DNA from: an uncultured Eubacteriales bacterium | GTDB taxonomy: Bacteria; Bacillota; Clostridia; Oscillospirales; Oscillospiraceae | Length of the DNA stretch: 64,000 nucleotides | Direction of reading: 5' to 3' | Assembly (NCBI GenBank): GCA_900546515.1 | Contig: URDG01000001.1 | Location: 111,049-175,048 of the forward strand | In this document: positions 62,658 through 64,000 of the stretch, piece after piece | Layout: the number at the start of each line of letters is the position of its first letter | Numbering within the stretch: position 1 is the stretch's first letter | Position numbers and translations under genes: made by a program | Notes under the pieces: model-generated | The model's input: the letters and a program-made list of their open reading frames with translations, nothing else | Told to the model about the DNA's origin: nothing | The model's database searches: none

Positions 62658-63980
62658 TCAGCCGTACAGATTTCCCGTATTCAGCGCATTGAATGTTCTT
62701 GTGAAATAATCCGGATCATCCTTGAGCAGCTGTTTTTTTGTTTCTTCTATGCACAATTCTTTTTTGATCTCATCGAAGTAGCCCAATTTCTCCATGCGGT
62801 CATATACCAGTTTGCCGATCAGCATATATGCCTTACCGCTAAGCTCCGCATCTCCTCTGGGACTTCTGAGGCTCTCCGGGACTATCCCTCGCTGCATATT
62901 GCTCACATCATTATCAGTAGGCGTGATTCCCGCATCACTCAGTCCGTCCGTGCACAGATATTTACGGACATTTATATAATGTTCCCCGAACGCCTGTGAC
63001 ATTGCGGTATCAACAACATCGAGGTTCACAGCGCTGCCGTAATTCCAGAATCCATTACTTGAGCACAGCCCGATGACAATATATCTGTCTTTGTTCGCAG
63101 TCTGCCGCGAAGCAAGCTCTTTTGTCAATTGGACAAGTTCATCTGTCGAACTGTACCCACCATAGGTGCCGATGCATATCACATGTATGTAATCCAGATA
63201 TTCATCTGATGCGGCCGTCTTTATCGGCGTCCCTACAGCTACAGTCTTTTCTTCACCGGCCTCACAGCGTGTGAAGTAGTATCTATTCAAATTGAGGCGC
63301 TTATAGGAATCCGGATCAATTGAAAGGACGCCCTCGATCCCGTCTATAGATACATTATTTACACCGGCTCCGCCATCTGTAAGAGGAGTTACGGCCTTGC
63401 CGTTCTGAGAAGTAAAATTGATCTCCACGCTCTGGGTATCCGCGGGTATGGTGAATTCAGAACTGACAATATAGGGAACCACCCCGCTTCGTCCCAAAAT
63501 CGTATTTACATCCTCTTCCCCGGCTCCCATATTTACAACAGGAATGGAGACTTTGTAATCGTCCCACTTCAGACGTGAATAATCACTTGCATTTTCAATA
63601 GTGCTTCTGAAATCATAAATATCACATATATACGCATTGATGTACTTCTGCAGCACATCCGGGTATGAAACGTTTCCGGACGATCCAGCAGTAAGATTAT
63701 CTCCCCAGCACACAATGCCCGGCATATATTCTGCGATTGTATTCAAATCTGCCTCATATTGCGCCTCTATTGCATCAACTGCCTCACGTCGAGCCTCAGT
63801 CTGTTCCTTCTGCTGCTGCCCGTACACCTCCACCAGCTGCGCATCCTGCGCTTTGGTTTCTCTATGAACGGTACACATTGCCAAGGCAAGAGCGGCTAAA
63901 ATCAAAACAATAACGACGGCCAGAATGATATTGCGTACCAGCGTTTTTTTATAGTTATCCTGCCACATATTTTTCTCCAA
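62658..63980 (-). CDS. Membrane-anchored hypothetical protein with degenerate SGNH/GDSL-like block
   Basis: A single N-terminal TM span and a coiled, charged linker are followed by GIVCWGDNLTAG, which resembles SGNH block I with Asn where the Ser nucleophile sits. It is the first visible gene of the envelope island. Confidence 0.5.
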   Translation of the reverse strand: MEKNMWQDNYKKTLVRNIILAVVIVLILAALALAMCTVHRETKAQDAQLVEVYGQQQKEQTEARREAVDAIEAQYEADLNTIAEYMPGIVCWGDNLTAGSSGNVSYPDVLQKYINAYICDIYDFRSTIENASDYSRLKWDDYKVSIPVVNMGAGEEDVNTILGRSGVVPYIVSSEFTIPADTQSVEINFTSQNGKAVTPLTDGGAGVNNVSIDGIEGVLSIDPDSYKRLNLNRYYFTRCEAGEEKTVAVGTPIKTAASDEYLDYIHVICIGTYGGYSSTDELVQLTKELASRQTANKDRYIVIGLCSSNGFWNYGSAVNLDVVDTAMSQAFGEHYINVRKYLCTDGLSDAGITPTDNDVSNMQRGIVPESLRSPRGDAELSGKAYMLIGKLVYDRMEKLGYFDEIKKELCIEETKKQLLKDDPDYFTRTFNALNTGNLYG

Positions 63981-64000
63981 TTAATTATGCAAACTGTTTT

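Noticed and set aside
1-64000. A search for CRISPR arrays, rRNA or tRNA genes, IS elements or transposases, prophage modules, toxin-antitoxin pairs and restriction-modification genes.
   Set aside because: I recognised none. The only tandem repeats are in-frame protein repeats inside the two megaprotein genes, and the only recombinases are Xer-type.

Overview
The window reads as chromosome from a spore-forming Firmicute, probably Clostridia-like, judging from spoIVA, cwlD, ruvABC, tgt-yajC-yrzE synteny, a type III glutamine synthetase and a PPi-type PFK. I saw no rRNA, tRNA, CRISPR array, transposase or phage genes. Nt 1-36,000 is mostly housekeeping: an ABC ATPase, glnA (GSIII), sugar and amino-acid transporters, a livKHMGF operon, pfk and fba, radA, sporulation genes, two Xer-type recombinases and tgt. 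Nt 36,347-63,980 is one long run of 21 minus-strand genes that looks like a cell-envelope island. It starts with a CpsC/D/B + LCP + Wzx/Wzy polysaccharide locus. That locus runs directly into LicD, a lipoprotein, a 1623-aa wall-binding protein with a phosphodiester-glycosidase domain, an Lgt-family paralog, and a 2494-aa wall-binding protein. The 2494-aa protein contains seven tandem Cys3-His repeats that I cannot assign to a named family. Other items worth follow-up: (1) a strongly structured promoter-to-terminator leader upstream of an AMP-dependent ligase, a riboswitch or attenuator candidate; (2) a ~380-nt untranslated stretch with a near-consensus promoter upstream of a small zinc-ribbon gene; (3) three copies of the dif XerD-arm motif upstream of xerD; (4) an orphan AAA_5/vWA pair with an atypical Walker A; (5) a P-type-ATPase homolog with every catalytic motif degenerated. 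All calls come from reading the sequence and ORF translations. No database search, RNA folding or composition calculation was run.
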